NCBI RefSeq assembly: GCF_006345805.1
Contig: NC_042998.1
Location: 135,470,001 to 135,534,000 of the forward strand
Direction: 5' to 3'
Origin: Octopus sinensis
Lineage: Eukaryota
Length of the DNA stretch: 64,000 bases
Below, piece after piece: positions 1-13,041 of the stretch. The notes under the pieces were generated by a model, which saw only the letters and a list, made by a program, of their open reading frames with translations, did no database searches and was not told the origin of the DNA. Made by a program: the position numbers and the translations under genes. Numbering within the stretch: the stretch's first letter is position 1; every line of letters begins with the position of its first letter.

Positions 1-130
1 CCTAATTTCTCTCAAATGACACTGTACTGTTGGATAATGCAGTTGCAGTAGATGCATTCTAAAAATGACGGGATGGTCATGATTGGAACTTTGATTATAG
101 GTCTGCTCAATCAAGGCAAGCCATGATTAT

Positions 131-850
131 TTACAGCAATTTAATGATATCTTGCATATTAGAAATGACTGAATCTTCAGAAACCTCATCAGGTAGTGGA
201 ATGTCTGGATTGTTCTGGAAAAAGATTGGTCTGAGCCCAGCATTTTTAGCCCCTAGGTAGTCGTTTGTAAGATCGTCACCTACATGAATGGTTTCCTCAG
301 CTTTCGTGTTACCAAGATGTAAAGCTTTTTTAAAAATGTCAGCGTCAGGTTTAGCTACTTTTTCTACCGAAGAACAAAGAATAAAGTTAAAATAATTTGC
401 TATACCAAGATCAGTTAGAATTTTGGGAAGGCGATTGTCAAAATTGGAAACTATGCCAAGTTTCAAACCTTTATCTTTCAAGAGTGCCAGACCTTCTTCA
501 GAACCTGGAATCACTTCCCATCCTCGGTTCGAAGCAAAAAATGTGTAGATATCGTTAGCAACTTTAGACAATACCTCTGGATCAGTACTCTTCTTATCAC
601 ACACTGACAGTAAGCTACTTTTCATAACCTCGGTCCACCATTTCTGAGAAGTTAGGCCCTGGTTGACGCCATAGTTAGGATAATCTTTATTCATCTGTTT
701 CCATGCGGTTTTGAATGCTTTGTTAACTTCATCTGTATTGGCATATATGCCGTGTTGGTTTGCAACACGGCCATATTGTAATCCTACACTGCCCATCACA
801 CGAATCAATGTATTTGTAGCGTCGAACGTTACCAGTTTATACAAAGACAT
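131..850 (-). CDS. HDHD3: HAD-like hydrolase, HDHD3/REG-2-like; single coding exon
   Basis: The ORF has HAD motif I (LVTFDATNTL), GIVSNFD, KPD and HVGDDLTNDYLGA. The likely ATG at 850 (MSLYKL) directly follows a pyrimidine tract and AG acceptor (ttctttcttccgattgcag|ATG), so the 5' UTR exon lies further upstream. Confidence 0.88.
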   Translation of the reverse strand: MSLYKLVTFDATNTLIRVMGSVGLQYGRVANQHGIYANTDEVNKAFKTAWKQMNKDYPNYGVNQGLTSQKWWTEVMKSSLLSVCDKKSTDPEVLSKVANDIYTFFASNRGWEVIPGSEEGLALLKDKGLKLGIVSNFDNRLPKILTDLGIANYFNFILCSSVEKVAKPDADIFKKALHLGNTKAEETIHVGDDLTNDYLGAKNAGLRPIFFQNNPDIPLPDEVSEDSVISNMQDIIKLL

Positions 851-1049
851 CTGCAATCGGAAGAAAGAAGGAAGTCCAGAATTAATACAATTAAACATTC
901 ATATAGATAATATACAATTGACACGATATTCCATACAACTAGTTGATGTTATCTGAGAACTCTCGGTACCACTCGTTCGTAGAAAGAAAAAGATATAGAG
1001 GAAATATTTTCTCAAAAGCTAAATCAAGTAAAGTGATGTGTTCTGATGA

Positions 1050-2697
1050 ATAAATAATAACAGTTTCTGATTTAGGCATAAAGCTAATAATTTTGAGGGA
1101 AAAAGAATTTCATCATTACCATCGATATCATGTATTTAACAGGCAGTTTATTTGATCGCCTCCGAAAGTATGAAAGCTAAAGTTGACATCGGCGAGATTT
1201 GAATTCAGAATGTAAAGGCCCGGAAGAAATACCCCAAGGCATTTTGTTCGACGTTTCGCCGCTTAACCCATAGAGCGCTGGGATTTTCACTTGCATAGCA
1301 TGGACTGCTGAGCATGAGACTACCATACACACATAAAAACCAAAAAATAGTTAAAATATCTTCTTTGTATATAATGGTAGCAAGATTTACATCGTCTGAA
1401 AAGTCATTAGTTGAACTATTAGTCCTCTCGCATTCTGGGGGGTATCGGAGCGTTTGAGTAACATTAGACTCTAAGTAACGCCCATAAATTAAATACATTT
1501 ATCTGGGCCATGATCGTGGCCTGTCGACCTGTGCCTGATGGGCACGATCGTGGCCCATCGCGCTTTATGTATTAAATAATATTTGTTTCTAATTTAGGTA
1601 CAATGCCAGAGTTTGAAAGAGGTTTGTCAATACCATAAAACCCAATGCTTGACCAGTATTTTTATATTATTGATCCCGGTGGGATGAAAGGCAAAGCTGA
1701 CCCCGGTGGAATTTGATCTTAGAACTTAAAGAGCTGGCAAAATATTACATGGCATTTTGTGATTTCGGCACAAGACAAGTAGATTTTAGAGAAAGGGTTT
1801 AGTCAATCGACTCTAGAATTTGACTAGTAATTTGTTTTATCGACCCAGAAGGACGAAAGCAAAGTTGACTTCGACAGGATTTTAACTGAATAGGTTGGAA
1901 GCAGGAGGTATGTATGTGTGTGTGTGCGTGGGGGAACTCAAGGGCTACCCCACTGTATCTCGTGGCCCTTTGGTACCTTTAGCAGAGCCCACTGTGTTGC
2001 AAATACTCGAGCCTGGTCTGAGATTAGCTCGTTATCTTGTGCTATTTCCCAGTACAGCAGCCGATGACTCAGGGTTTTTCTCTTTTTCAATCATCCACCA
2101 GTCACGAAGATGCTGATAAACGTGGTGGGCATTGCACTTCTCTTCCTCTTAAGTTATTAAGTCATAAAAATATACATAAGCAACTGGTTTAAGTAAGAAA
2201 AAAAGAAACCCTCACTGCTAAATAAAAAAGTTTCTGAACGACTGTCATAATTATTAATAATTTCTTTCTACTACAGATAGAAGGCCTGAAATTTTGGAGG
2301 AGGTGGCTAGAAGATTTCATTGACTAGAATTTATCTTATCGACCCTGAAAGAAGAAAGGTGCAATCAACCTCGGCGGAATTTGAATTCGGAACGTAAAGC
2401 CGGAAAAACGTCGCTGAGCATTTTGTCCGGCGTGCTGACTCTGCCAGCTCACCGGCTAAATCATTGGTTTCAAATTTCAGCACAAGACCAGCAATGTCGG
2501 AGCGGGAAGTGGTGGTGGTGGGGGATTGAAGTCAATTACATCGATCCAGTACTCAACTGGTACTTATTTTATCGATTCCTAAAAGATGAAAGGCAAAGTC
2601 GACCTCGGCAGAATTTGAAATCAGAACGTAAAGACGGACAAAATTCCGCTAAGCATTTTGCCCGGCATGCTAACGATTCTGCAAGCTCGCCACCTTA
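1050..2697 (-). mobile_element. Cluster of about 5 degenerate copies of tRNA-derived SINE family B
   Basis: The core 'atcgaccccgaaaggatgaaaggcaaagtcgacctcggcggaatttgaactcagaacg' recurs at ~1150, 1670, 1840, 2340 and 2570. The B-box-like GAGTTCAAAT is on the minus strand. Confidence 0.8.
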
Positions 2698-2707
2698 ACC
2701 ATCTTAA

Positions 2708-5029
2708 TCTCTCTATATATAAACGGCAGTTTGTCTGTCTGTCTGTCAGGTTGTACCCTCACCCTGACCACGGCTTTCAACCAATTCTGATGAGACTTGA
2801 CACACACATAGCCCAATGTCATAATTCAAAACTAACACAGCGAAAATTTTGAAAAGTTCCCCCAGTTCTGAAAAAGAAAATCGATAAATTCGACATGGAG
2901 TCGAGAATCTAAGCTTTTCATATGCAACACATATTCTGTTGTAGTTTTCGCAACTTGCAATCGATTTTCACCAAACTCATGGTGAAGCTTAATGTTACCC
3001 TAAGAAACTTAATTCTGACGTTAGTTTTCCATGCAATACCTTACCATTAGAAAAAAATCGATAAAATCATGCCATTTTGGGAAATCGCGTTCAAATTCAA
3101 GATGACATATTTTCGACAATATCTTTAACAAATTGGCAGGATTTAAAAAAAAAATTCACAGCGAGCATCATGTCTGCTCCAAGGAGCTATATGGCCCTTT
3201 TTATTCCAATAGGATACTTTATTACTGGAAAAAATCGGTTAATTAAATCATATGTGGCACTCATAGCAAACCGACTTGTGTATTAAACACAAACCACAGA
3301 CTGTCTAGGGGACGCAACTCGACCTTTTTAACTCTCTTACTCTCCCAAATAACTATCAAACAGCTATCGATAATTCAACCAACAGGAGGAAATCTAGACT
3401 TAATCTTCAAGGTATCCCACATACAAACCAAAGATTACATCGAAACCTCCAGACTAACCTAAGTTTTGGTGAACCAATTCCTACCAGGAAGAAATTACAT
3501 TCGAGACTTTACCCCCAACACCACCACTTCAAGCAGTCAATGCTCTGGTGGCAAAGTGGACCTGCCACCCCTACGAGAACCACCTCAACCGCTGAAGGGT
3601 CTCGCGGCGGGTTTAATCCCCGAATCGTCACAATTCCTTCAAATCATTCGAAAGAACAACTGCTCATTCCAAATGACCTCTTTCGGGGCCAAAATTCCTC
3701 CCAGAGAAGGCTGGATGCCTACTTTCAAAGTGCAGGGACAGGTCTACCATCTTATTGGGTCACTTCTGCCAGACGAGATTCAGCAGTCTTCTTTCCTCCA
3801 AATCTACTTCATTGCCGACTACAACCAGCAGGTCGATGCACGCCTTGGAATAATACCGGGTACATGCTATGTTCCCCGCAGAGACGTTCTTCTCCGTCTC
3901 CAAACCATGCTTCGTGATATCAACAGCTACGTCCGCAGCTTCAGGTATGCCTTGGACAGTGCTCCGTCTCCAGACATCACCGTTGTCATTGATGCTGATA
4001 AACGACCCCACGGGGAGCACGAACGCCGTTTCAACGTACCTGCGTGCAACGAAATTGCCGCAGTCATACACGGAGAGCAACACAACAGCCGTGACATAAT
4101 CATCTCCTCCCGTGGTAACAGCCTACGCAGGATCAGCGAGACTCACAGATCTTATGACGCGCTTCAGTATCCATTGCTTTTCCCTTATGGGGAAGACGGC
4201 TACCACTTCGGAATTCCTTTACGGCAGCCCTCCAATCAAACTACTGCGGCATCAAAGACGGTTTCCTGCAGGGCCTTCTACTCATACCGGTTCATGGTCA
4301 GGGAGGGTGAGTTCAACTTATTGCCCCGTTGTCGTCAGCTATTCAACCAGTTCGCCGTCGACATGGCCGCCAAATGGAATCGGAAAGGCTGCTATACATT
4401 AAACTTAATCAGACCTAACTTCGCTCCGACTCCTACATTCATCTCTGTGACGGCTTGCAACAAGAAAATGACCCTCTCAACATCGGCAAGCCATGCATTC
4501 TACCCTCCACCTTCACGGGAGGACCGCGATATATGCGTGAAAGGACCCAAGACGCCTTGACCTACGTGCGCATTTACGGCCGGCCGGACCTCTTTATCGC
4601 CTACACGTGCAATCCCAACTGCGACGAAATCACTCGCGAACTCCTCCCGGGTCAAGAGCTATTCTTGCACCCAAAAATACAACCGTCAACTCCATCAATA
4701 TCCAGCTACTTGAAGCTATTCCTGGTGATGTCCACGTCTACAAATCTATAGATAGGACAGCAGACCCCCGCCGAGCTTGCCGATTATCCTGTTGAATTCC
4801 TGAAATCACTTGAACTGCCAGGCCTGCCGCCACACATCCTGAAGTTAAAAGTCGGTGCGCCCATTATGCTCATCAGAAATTTGGTTCCACCTAAACAGTG
4901 CAACGGCACACGTCTGGTTGTGAAACATTTGGCACCACATTTAATAACGGCCACAATACTTAGATCGGGATTAGTCGTTGCCTACTAGGGGCTCTTACAT
5001 ACCCGGGCAACGCCGGGCTGTGCTGCTAG
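2708..5029 (+). mobile_element. Helitron, internally deleted, with a Rep/helicase remnant
   Basis: The 5' end is A|TC (tctctctatatataaacgg). The 3' end has the hairpin cccgggcaacgccggg followed by CTAG|T at 5026-5030. Internal frames give Helitron motifs FKVQGQVYH, ISETHRSYDALQYPLLFP, LPSTFTGGPRYM, YGRPDLF and the Pif1-like [13 protein letters not shown]. Confidence 0.9.
3466..4960 (+). pseudogene. Helitron RepHel fragment (frameshifted, large internal deletion near 4655)
   Basis: The 364-aa ORF continues in shifted frames. Rep motif 1 (PDLFIAYTCNP) is joined almost directly to the helicase C-terminal region. Confidence 0.85.
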
Positions 5030-7289
5030 TCATTAATAATAAGGGTCTCCAACTAAAGGAAGAAGTCCAGAATTTTATGGTTGCGGTAGTGGAATGGGCT
5101 AGTCGATTACATCGACCCAAGTACTTGGCTGGTATTTTATGGATGAAAGACAATGTCTACTTCGATGGAAATCGAACTCACAACGGAAAGGAATGTATCT
5201 AAATTATAAAGTTACTATAAATGATCAGATTTATAAACGATACAAAAGAAGATTACGCGACATTCACATATTTCTTGATAACATCAACGACATGGAATAA
5301 ATATGTTGCATTTAAGAATTGAAACTGGATTGCAACATCGAAAAGAAACAATCACAGTTCTTTTGATTAGGTATTAAGCCAAGAAGAGGGTTATTCGTTG
5401 ATCATCGAATCAACACTACCATATCGCTACTGAAGCCAACAATGATGCAATTTGAACTCAAAATATAAGAATAAGCGACTAAATACTGTACGACATTGTG
5501 ACTGGGTAACATAAACATGCCCATCACCCCCTGTTAAGCCAGTCAATCGCAGTAAAATGTTGATATAAACATATGGAAACAAGTTTAGTGTTTAGTCTTG
5601 GTAAGCCACTATCGATGAGATCCCAAGTAACAAGAAGACTTGCATTATTTCCAATATGTGTGTGTGTTATTTTTTTAAATAAGAGGGTGACAGTGGCATC
5701 GAAGTTTTAGCCTGCTAGCCTTTGTTCGATAGTCCGACGAAGGCAAGTAGTTCGAAACTTTATAATCACTGTCAACACTATTCTTGTAAAAAAATAATAA
5801 ATATGTACTCTACAAAAGTATTGAATAATTCTTGTTTAGTGTTAAATTGTTTTATTATAACTCGACTACGGATGGAGTGTATCTAGATCTAAGATATTAG
5901 ACTACTATATCTAGCAAGATAAGATCTGTAAGGTAGAGATGAGCCGTATCCTGGAAGACAGGCACCTCTAAATTATATTTCATATTTTAACCTCTTTTAG
6001 TAAATTGAACAGTTGATGTGCATGATAAGGGAGATAACTACATGATTAAATTGAGCAATCTTTTTTTTATGTGCATTTGTGAGAATACACAAATTCACAT
6101 GAATTACTTTAAATGCACATGGCCTTGTGTTATATATTATGGGTACCAACACAGAAGAAACAAATAAATAACTGTTGTTTCACTTAACTAGTAACAATAC
6201 TGGTTATTGTAGAAAAAAGACAGAGGATAAGAGCAGTTGAGTGAGTGCTAATGATGGGACATCATATATATTTGTGAATGGATTTGGAACATCTAAAATA
6301 GCCCTAATTTTTGTGTCTGTGTTCCCTACTATTTTACAGTCAGTTCGTTCTACAATCAACTTTCCTGGTATTTTTGAGGTTTAACCTAACCTAGGAACAT
6401 GTCTAAATGTAATAACAAGGGTATCCAATGATTTTTTAAAAAAATGTTTACCAGAGCAGGAAGAGACAGTCAGTGCTCATGTCCAATTTCAGAACCTCTG
6501 GCTAGGACAGGATGCACTAATTCTTTGATCAGAATCTGATCTGGATGTTCCCCAAAGAGTGAGACAGTCTTAAACTTTGAGACACATAAGGTCAGGTGTT
6601 TGAGCTGACAATACAAGACTTCTCCCTTGAACAGGATACCAGTTTGTCACAGGCTTAGCCCTCAGGCGCCACTGCTCACTTTCAGTTGAACATACTGGAA
6701 CAATGTGGAATGAAATATCTTGCCTTAGAACAAAGCAATGCACAGCCTGAGACACTGACTCACAACTCTGATGTACAACTTAATGACTCTGGATCCAACA
6801 TACTAACCAGCAGGCCAGACATCTTCACTTTCAACAGAGTGGACTCAGCTAAAGACACTCATGATAAACTAGTACAGTACAGTTGTCACTGACAAACAAG
6901 TATGGCTTGGTAACATGTATCATGCTTTTGATAATTGTTTTAAGGTCACTATTGTAGTCACAAGGAGATATAGACATTCTCTCAGTATCCTCATCCTTGA
7001 CCTGGTGGTACATCCAGGTAACTGCTTAAAGAAGATAGAGCTGCACCAGCAGCAGACTGATAGACATTTGCAGCTGTGTCAATTAGAACAAGGTAAAATG
7101 AAGTGCCTTATTAAAAGACACAGCACACTGCTGGCCTAGGGATTGAACCCATAACCTTATGATCATGAACTGACACCCTACCCATTAGGCTAAATGTTTT
7201 ATAGTTGATAAATTAGGTATCAGTTAATAAGTCATTCCAGTAATATTTCCCATTCTGTAGCCTTACAAAAATAGATTATATATAAGGCA

Positions 7290-7680
7290 AAGGTGTGGCT
7301 GTGTGGTAAGAAATTTGCTTTCCAACCTCATGGTCCTGGGTTCAGTCCCACTGTGTGGTACCTTGTGGTACTTTTACAGTAGCTCCAGGCTGGCCCAAAC
7401 CTTGTGAGTGGATTTCGCAGATGGTAAGATGAGAACTGAAAGAAGCCCATCATATATGTGTGTGTGTGTGTTTGTGTTTGTCCCCCACCACTGCTTGATA
7501 AGTACTGTTGGTTTGTTTACATCCCAATAAATTAACAGTTCAGCAAAAAAGACTATGAGAATAAGTACCAGGTTTTAAAAAAATAAGGACTGGAGTTGCT
7601 TTGTTCATCTAAATCTTTCAAGGCAGTGCACTAGCATTACTGCAGTCCAATGAGTGAAACAAGTAGAAGATAAAAGATAA
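7290..7680 (+). mobile_element. tRNA-derived SINE family A
   Basis: A-box TGGCTGTGTGG, B-box-like GGTTCAGTCCC, a central (TG)n tract and the tail gaaacaagtagaagataaaag. Homologous to 34381-34770. Confidence 0.8.
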
Positions 7681-7689
7681 AATATACTA

Positions 7690-8160
7690 CGTAAGAAGTT
7701 CAAGTATCTCAAGGCTGTATTCATGAGTGGTGGGAGGTGGGAGATCGAACTGGATACTAGAATCGCAGGTGCTTTATCACAATACTGTATCAGCTTAGCA
7801 GTTGATCTTAAGAGTGTGTGTATGGGAAACTAACAAACAAACATGGTTTCTTCAATTCAGTTTTGAAGCCTACCCTCACCTATGATCATGAATGTTAGGT
7901 AATGACTGAAAGAGTAAGATCATGAATATGAGTGGCTGAAATGGGGTTCCTCCTAAGGATCTCTAGAGTAACATTACTTGACAGGGTGTATAGCCCAGAA
8001 ATCAGGGAACTATGGACATGTGATTAGAATGTTGCAGAGACAAATTCTTTCAGATGGGCTAACTAGAAGAGGACCTAGGGGAGGTGGTGTCTGAGAACTC
8101 TGCCCTCACAACCCTCCTGGGAATAGTTGAGTGGTGGAGAAGATGGATGGATGGATGGAA
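7690..8160 (+). mobile_element. Degenerate RTE-like LINE 3' fragment
   Basis: Remnants KFKYL, PTLTY and AEMGFL, ending in a (TGGA)n tail. Confidence 0.55.
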
Positions 8161-8259
8161 TCCTATATCAACTAAAAGAATATCAAATGAAATATCCTCT
8201 GCAAAAATGATTAATACCAAAGAGTATTATCTTTAATGTCTAGTTACAAGCTTTCAGTG

Positions 8260-8640
8260 ATGATGGTGAAAGAGGTTATCTGGTGGACGAGGCTGAATGG
8301 CATGAAGACAGAGACTTTCCTTATTGGTAGAGCCTTCATCAATTTTTTCAAGTTTAACTTGAAAAGGAAAGTGATGGTGGAAAGGAAGGTGCTGTCTTCA
8401 AGTAAATTTATTGAAAGGTGGGTGCAAAAATGGCAAGAGTGGATGGTACCACTCTAAGAGTAGACCTGAGTATAGACCTGCTCTTGGTGTGCAGGGAATT
8501 CTTGGATGGTGGGATTCCTTGATTATCCTTAGAAGTCCTCCTATGACAGGAGGGCCACTTTATTATTTTTATTTTATTTTTACTTTTGTATACTACCTAT
8601 GCTTCCCTTCTCTGTTTTATTGTATACTGTGTATATTTTC
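8260..8640 (+). mobile_element. Tx1/L1-like LINE 3' fragment
   Basis: KEVIWWTRLNGMKTETFL..FFKFNLKRKVMVER matches the minus-strand frame at 49075-49311. Confidence 0.55.
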
Positions 8641-8700
8641 TATACTTTGGTATATATATTTTTTGCCCTATTGGCAAATTTTATTATCATTTTTATTATG

Positions 8701-8732
<32 letters not shown>

Positions 8733-8744
8733 TACTTTTATTAA

Positions 8745-8960
8745 GGTGGTAAGCTGGCAGAATCATTAGCACATCAGGAAAATTGCTTTGTGGCAATTCA
8801 TCCTTCTTAACGTTCTGAGTTCAAATTCTGCCAGTGTCAACTTTGCCTTTCATTCTTTCAGGATCAAAATATTAAGTACCAGTGAAACATTGGAGTTGAT
8901 GTAATTGACTAGTCCCCTTCCACACAATTTCAGATTGTGTGCTTATAGTAGAAAGGATTA
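8745..8960 (+). mobile_element. SINE family B
   Basis: Head aaggtggtaagctggcagaatc, B-box GAGTTCAAAT and core gcctttcattctttc. Further copies lie at ~9395-9580, 14027-14250 and 14480-14660. Confidence 0.75.
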
Positions 8961-10649
8961 TTATTACAGCCATATCATGTATATCTATTTTCTTCCAAAA
9001 ATAATGTATTTAAGGCCAGGTACTGTATATTGCATAATCTAAACAAATAAGCTAAGAGAAATAACATAGACAAATAAAGGTCTATCAAATACCATACAAC
9101 ATAAATCCTTTATTTATGCCACTAGAGGATGTGTCATAATTATTAAATGGCAATTAATAGCAGCACCACTAGAGAAGGGAGATCATCTGAAGAGTCAAGG
9201 AATCCCCAAAGTTTATATGCCATTAAAGAAAAGGACAAGCTTATTGTTTGGTGATAAGAAGATAGTTGTGACTCCTGATTAAATGCAAAACTTCAAGTAA
9301 CAGTGATGTAAATTATCAACTCATTCCCCCAAAATATAAACCCAACATCATGTATTGAGTACTTTTTATCAATTTTAATATTGCTTTAGTCAGTAAGGTG
9401 GTGAGCTGACAGAATCGTTAGCATACTGGGTAAAATACTTAGCATATCTTCCGTCCTTACGTTCTGAGTTCAAATTCCGCTGGTTTGATAAAATATGTAC
9501 CAGTTGAACCCCGGGGACGATGTAATCGACTAGCCCCACCGCGGAAATTGTTGACCTTGTGCTAAAATTTGAAACCAGTATTGCATTAGTCATTAAGTCA
9601 AAAGTTGAATATTATCCGTTCTTTGTTTAGGAGTATGCTGTTTCTTTGGCTTATCTTTTCTACTGTTACAACAGTGACACCTGCTTCTTGAAACTTCTTC
9701 GTCTTGTACCATCTGTGTTCGCCCCCTCCCCGACTAGCTCGTCCCTTCTCCTATCGTCTACCATATTATTTCCCCTAGCTTCCACCTGCATTAACCACTA
9801 TCCATATTTCTTCCTTTCCGGGCCGTTAACCATTGGGATTTCTCTCCCAGCAATGTTTTTCGTGTGACATATCTACACGTGTGTGCATCTCCTTCGATTG
9901 TATTTCCTCGTAACTTTAGCTTTCAGATGGCGTATATTACAATTGTATCGGAATTTCAGTGCACATAATGAATAAAAAACATTTAGAAAATGTGTAAGAC
10001 AGGGTAACTTTCCCAAATGACAGAGTGCGATGATCATTCTAATCTATAAGAGTCGATACCGTCAATAACAGGTCAATTAATTAACTCTCCATCTTACACA
10101 AAAGGTTTAATGAAAATTATCTAAGCTGACAGTTAAAGGATAGTGAAGCGCAAAACAGTTAAGGGGAAGTAACTCTGTAAATACAGTAACAGCTGAATGT
10201 GCTATGAGGTTTTATAACAAAACAAATATGAAAAAGGAAAGGGGTAAAAAATTGAAATAATTTTGTATTTCAACAAACCTGTCCTGTTAAAATTTATGTT
10301 AGATTTATTTAATAAAGTTTTGCTATTAACTTGTTATTAATAAAGTTTTATCAACTTCACCCCGATGTTGTGAATTGTATGGTGTACAAGTGTGATTATA
10401 CATACATAGACACACAAACACACACACACTATACATACATCATACACACACACATGGTAGTCTTTACGTATGCATGTACGTGTGTGTCACATTTACACTT
10501 CTCAAAAAAATCAAACTTCAAAGATGTGTGGAATAAGTGGACCCCGTACTTGAAAATAGACAAGAATTAGCAACAGGTGCACCCAACAGTTAAAAAATTT
10601 ATATTCCCAGGAGTTGAGCAACAAAATACAGATTCTCTCTCTATTGGCA

Positions 10650-12790
10650 TATATTCAGAGAGAGGGGGGGAGATGTTGATGCAATTTAAATTATGATAGA
10701 GGTTTGTTTTCAAGGAATAGATGTGAAGCTGGCTTTTGTGACCGCCTTCCCCGACTATATCTCTGTGCATCTGCCAGACACTGAAACGATGTCGGTAGGA
10801 GAGATGATTAACAAATCAGAGGTGTTGCCGCAAAGCGACACTCATGACGTAGCATACAAGTGGTATGAAGAATCAGGCAGCAAACAACAACAGCAAGAGC
10901 TTGGTGAGGTGAATGCTTCAGATGTCAAGGTCCGCACATGGCCAAGGAATGTACAGAATTGAAGCTAATGGTGGTGCGTTTCCAATGTGGCTACTCTGGG
11001 CACATAGTGAATAACTACAAGCAGCGAAACAAACAAAGGGTCCACTGTGGTGCTAGTTCCCTCCACGACCAATTGAAGAGCGCACTACCGGACGTTGCCT
11101 CTAGTGAGGCTTAGGGTGAGGGCAAGGGAAGCACAAGCCCTCGTGGATACGGGTTGCATAACAATCCTGGTTACTGCACGGATGGTCAAGAGCTGGAGAG
11201 GAAACACCAGGCTCAGAGTGGTAGATGGTAGGGAGGTCAAATTTAGGGGCGTCAGCAACGTGGAAATGGAGATACAGGGGTCCATGTTGAGGCTGCAGGT
11301 GATTGTAGTTGATGAAGTGGTGGACGGTGTCGACATAGTGGGTGGAATGGATGTGATCACACGATTGGGAGGTGTGGCAGTTGGCGGGGCAGGAGTAGAG
11401 TTTCATGACCGGTGTGCTGCGTGCTGTGAGTGTGGAGCAGAGGAAGAAGACTGTAAGAATGACTGATTACTGGCACAGAGAGGGCCTTCCATTGAAGATG
11501 AGGACTTCCACGCTGAGATCGATGGCGAAAGATGGACAGTGGAGTACTTCTTGGAAGGAGAACCTCCTGTACTGAGAAGCAGGGTGAGCGTCTCCAAGTA
11601 CACTCTGAAAAGAGAAGCTAGGTTTGAGTTCGAAACAGAGGTGAACAGGTGGATAGAGAAGGGCATTCTGATGCCATGGAGTGAGAAGACGACAGACTGT
11701 ATGCTGCCGTTGATGTCTGTGGCTCAGCTGACAAAAAATAAGATTCGACTGGTGCTAGACTTCAGTGAACTGAACAAATATGTGTCCTGTCATATGGGTG
11801 GTGAAGTAGCAGATGTGTGTGGAGGCGAATGAGGGGGCGACTATGATCGTCGACTTTTCTGCAGCTCCATGTACCAGAGGAGTTGTGGAAGTACCAACTA
11901 GTGAGGTACAGGTGCAGAACGTACTGCCTGACTCGACTGGGTTTCGGCTTGAGTTTGGCGCCAAAGATGATGGTGAAGGTCCTCAAGGCGGTTTTAGGCA
12001 AAGAGGCCAAAGTAGTTTATTTGTTTAGATTATGCAATATACAGTACCTGGCCTTAAATACATTATTTTTGGAAGAAAATAGATATACATGATATGGCTG
12101 TAATAATAATCCTTTCTACTATAAGCACAAGGCCTAAAATTTTGGGAGAGGGAGCCAGTCAATTAGATCGACCCCAGTATGCAACTGGTACTTAATTTAT
12201 CGACTGCAAAAAGATGAAAGGCATAGTCGACCATGGCAGAATTTGAACTCAGGCTACCAACTCATATATATCTTGGTAGATGAGAATGTGACATCGGCAG
12301 AGGAAATTGTGAACCATCTTAGGAGGTTCGGGCTGACAACAAAACCGTCAGAGGCCATAGAAGGTGGTTTGGTGCTAGGGCTAAGGTTCAAAAGAGACAA
12401 AGTGGGTAGGCTTGTGTTTCACAGAGGAAACGAGATCCCTGACCTAAATCGGAATATGAATAGGCAAGAGCTGTTCTCAATGTATAGGAAGTTGATGGAT
12501 CACTACCCCGTTGCATGATGGCCTTGAACAGCATGTAGCTATGTCAAAAGGCGATCAGAAGGAATGAAATAGGGTGATAAAGCGAGAGAGAAGACAATGG
12601 TGATAATGTGAGAGGTTTTGGAGATTGCGAGCAGAAGATCCAGTAGATCAGGGCGAATGGCTATATGGAGAGAAATCAGGGCGGAGTCTGATGCCGATGT
12701 CACAGAAGTGCTGAAAGCGGTGTTCTTGGAAAGGGAGCCTGTAGATGAGCTATTGATGGACAACAGCACAGTTTTCTGCTCAGAGATGTA
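10650..12790 (+). mobile_element. Degenerate Ty3/Gypsy-like LTR retrotransposon internal region (gag knuckle, protease, RT), interrupted by a SINE at ~12100-12255
   Basis: Decayed CxxC-xxxGH knuckle near 10980, aspartic protease ALVDTG (11095-11466), and RT motifs KNKIRLVLDF and YCLTRLGFGL. Many stops and frameshifts. Confidence 0.75.
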
Positions 12791-13041
12791 AGAACGATTT
12801 TATTTACATGCCTTCAAACCACAAACCAAGAAGTAATTGGATCATCCTTCAAGATTGGTAAAGGTCACATCTCTCTCCCACTCTTACTTTTTGCTTCCTC
12901 TCTTTCTCCCGTACCTCTCTCTCTATCTCCATCTCTCAGCTGTTGACTTCTCATAAACAGTAACATGATGTGATATTCTCAAACTTAGAATTCAAAACCA
13001 GATAACTGAGAATGTAGCATAACTGTTTAATGCCCATAGAG

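Noticed and set aside
851-898. N-terminal extension of the HDHD3 ORF (MFNCINSG...)
   Set aside because: It overlaps a polypyrimidine tract and AG acceptor, so it is probably intron.
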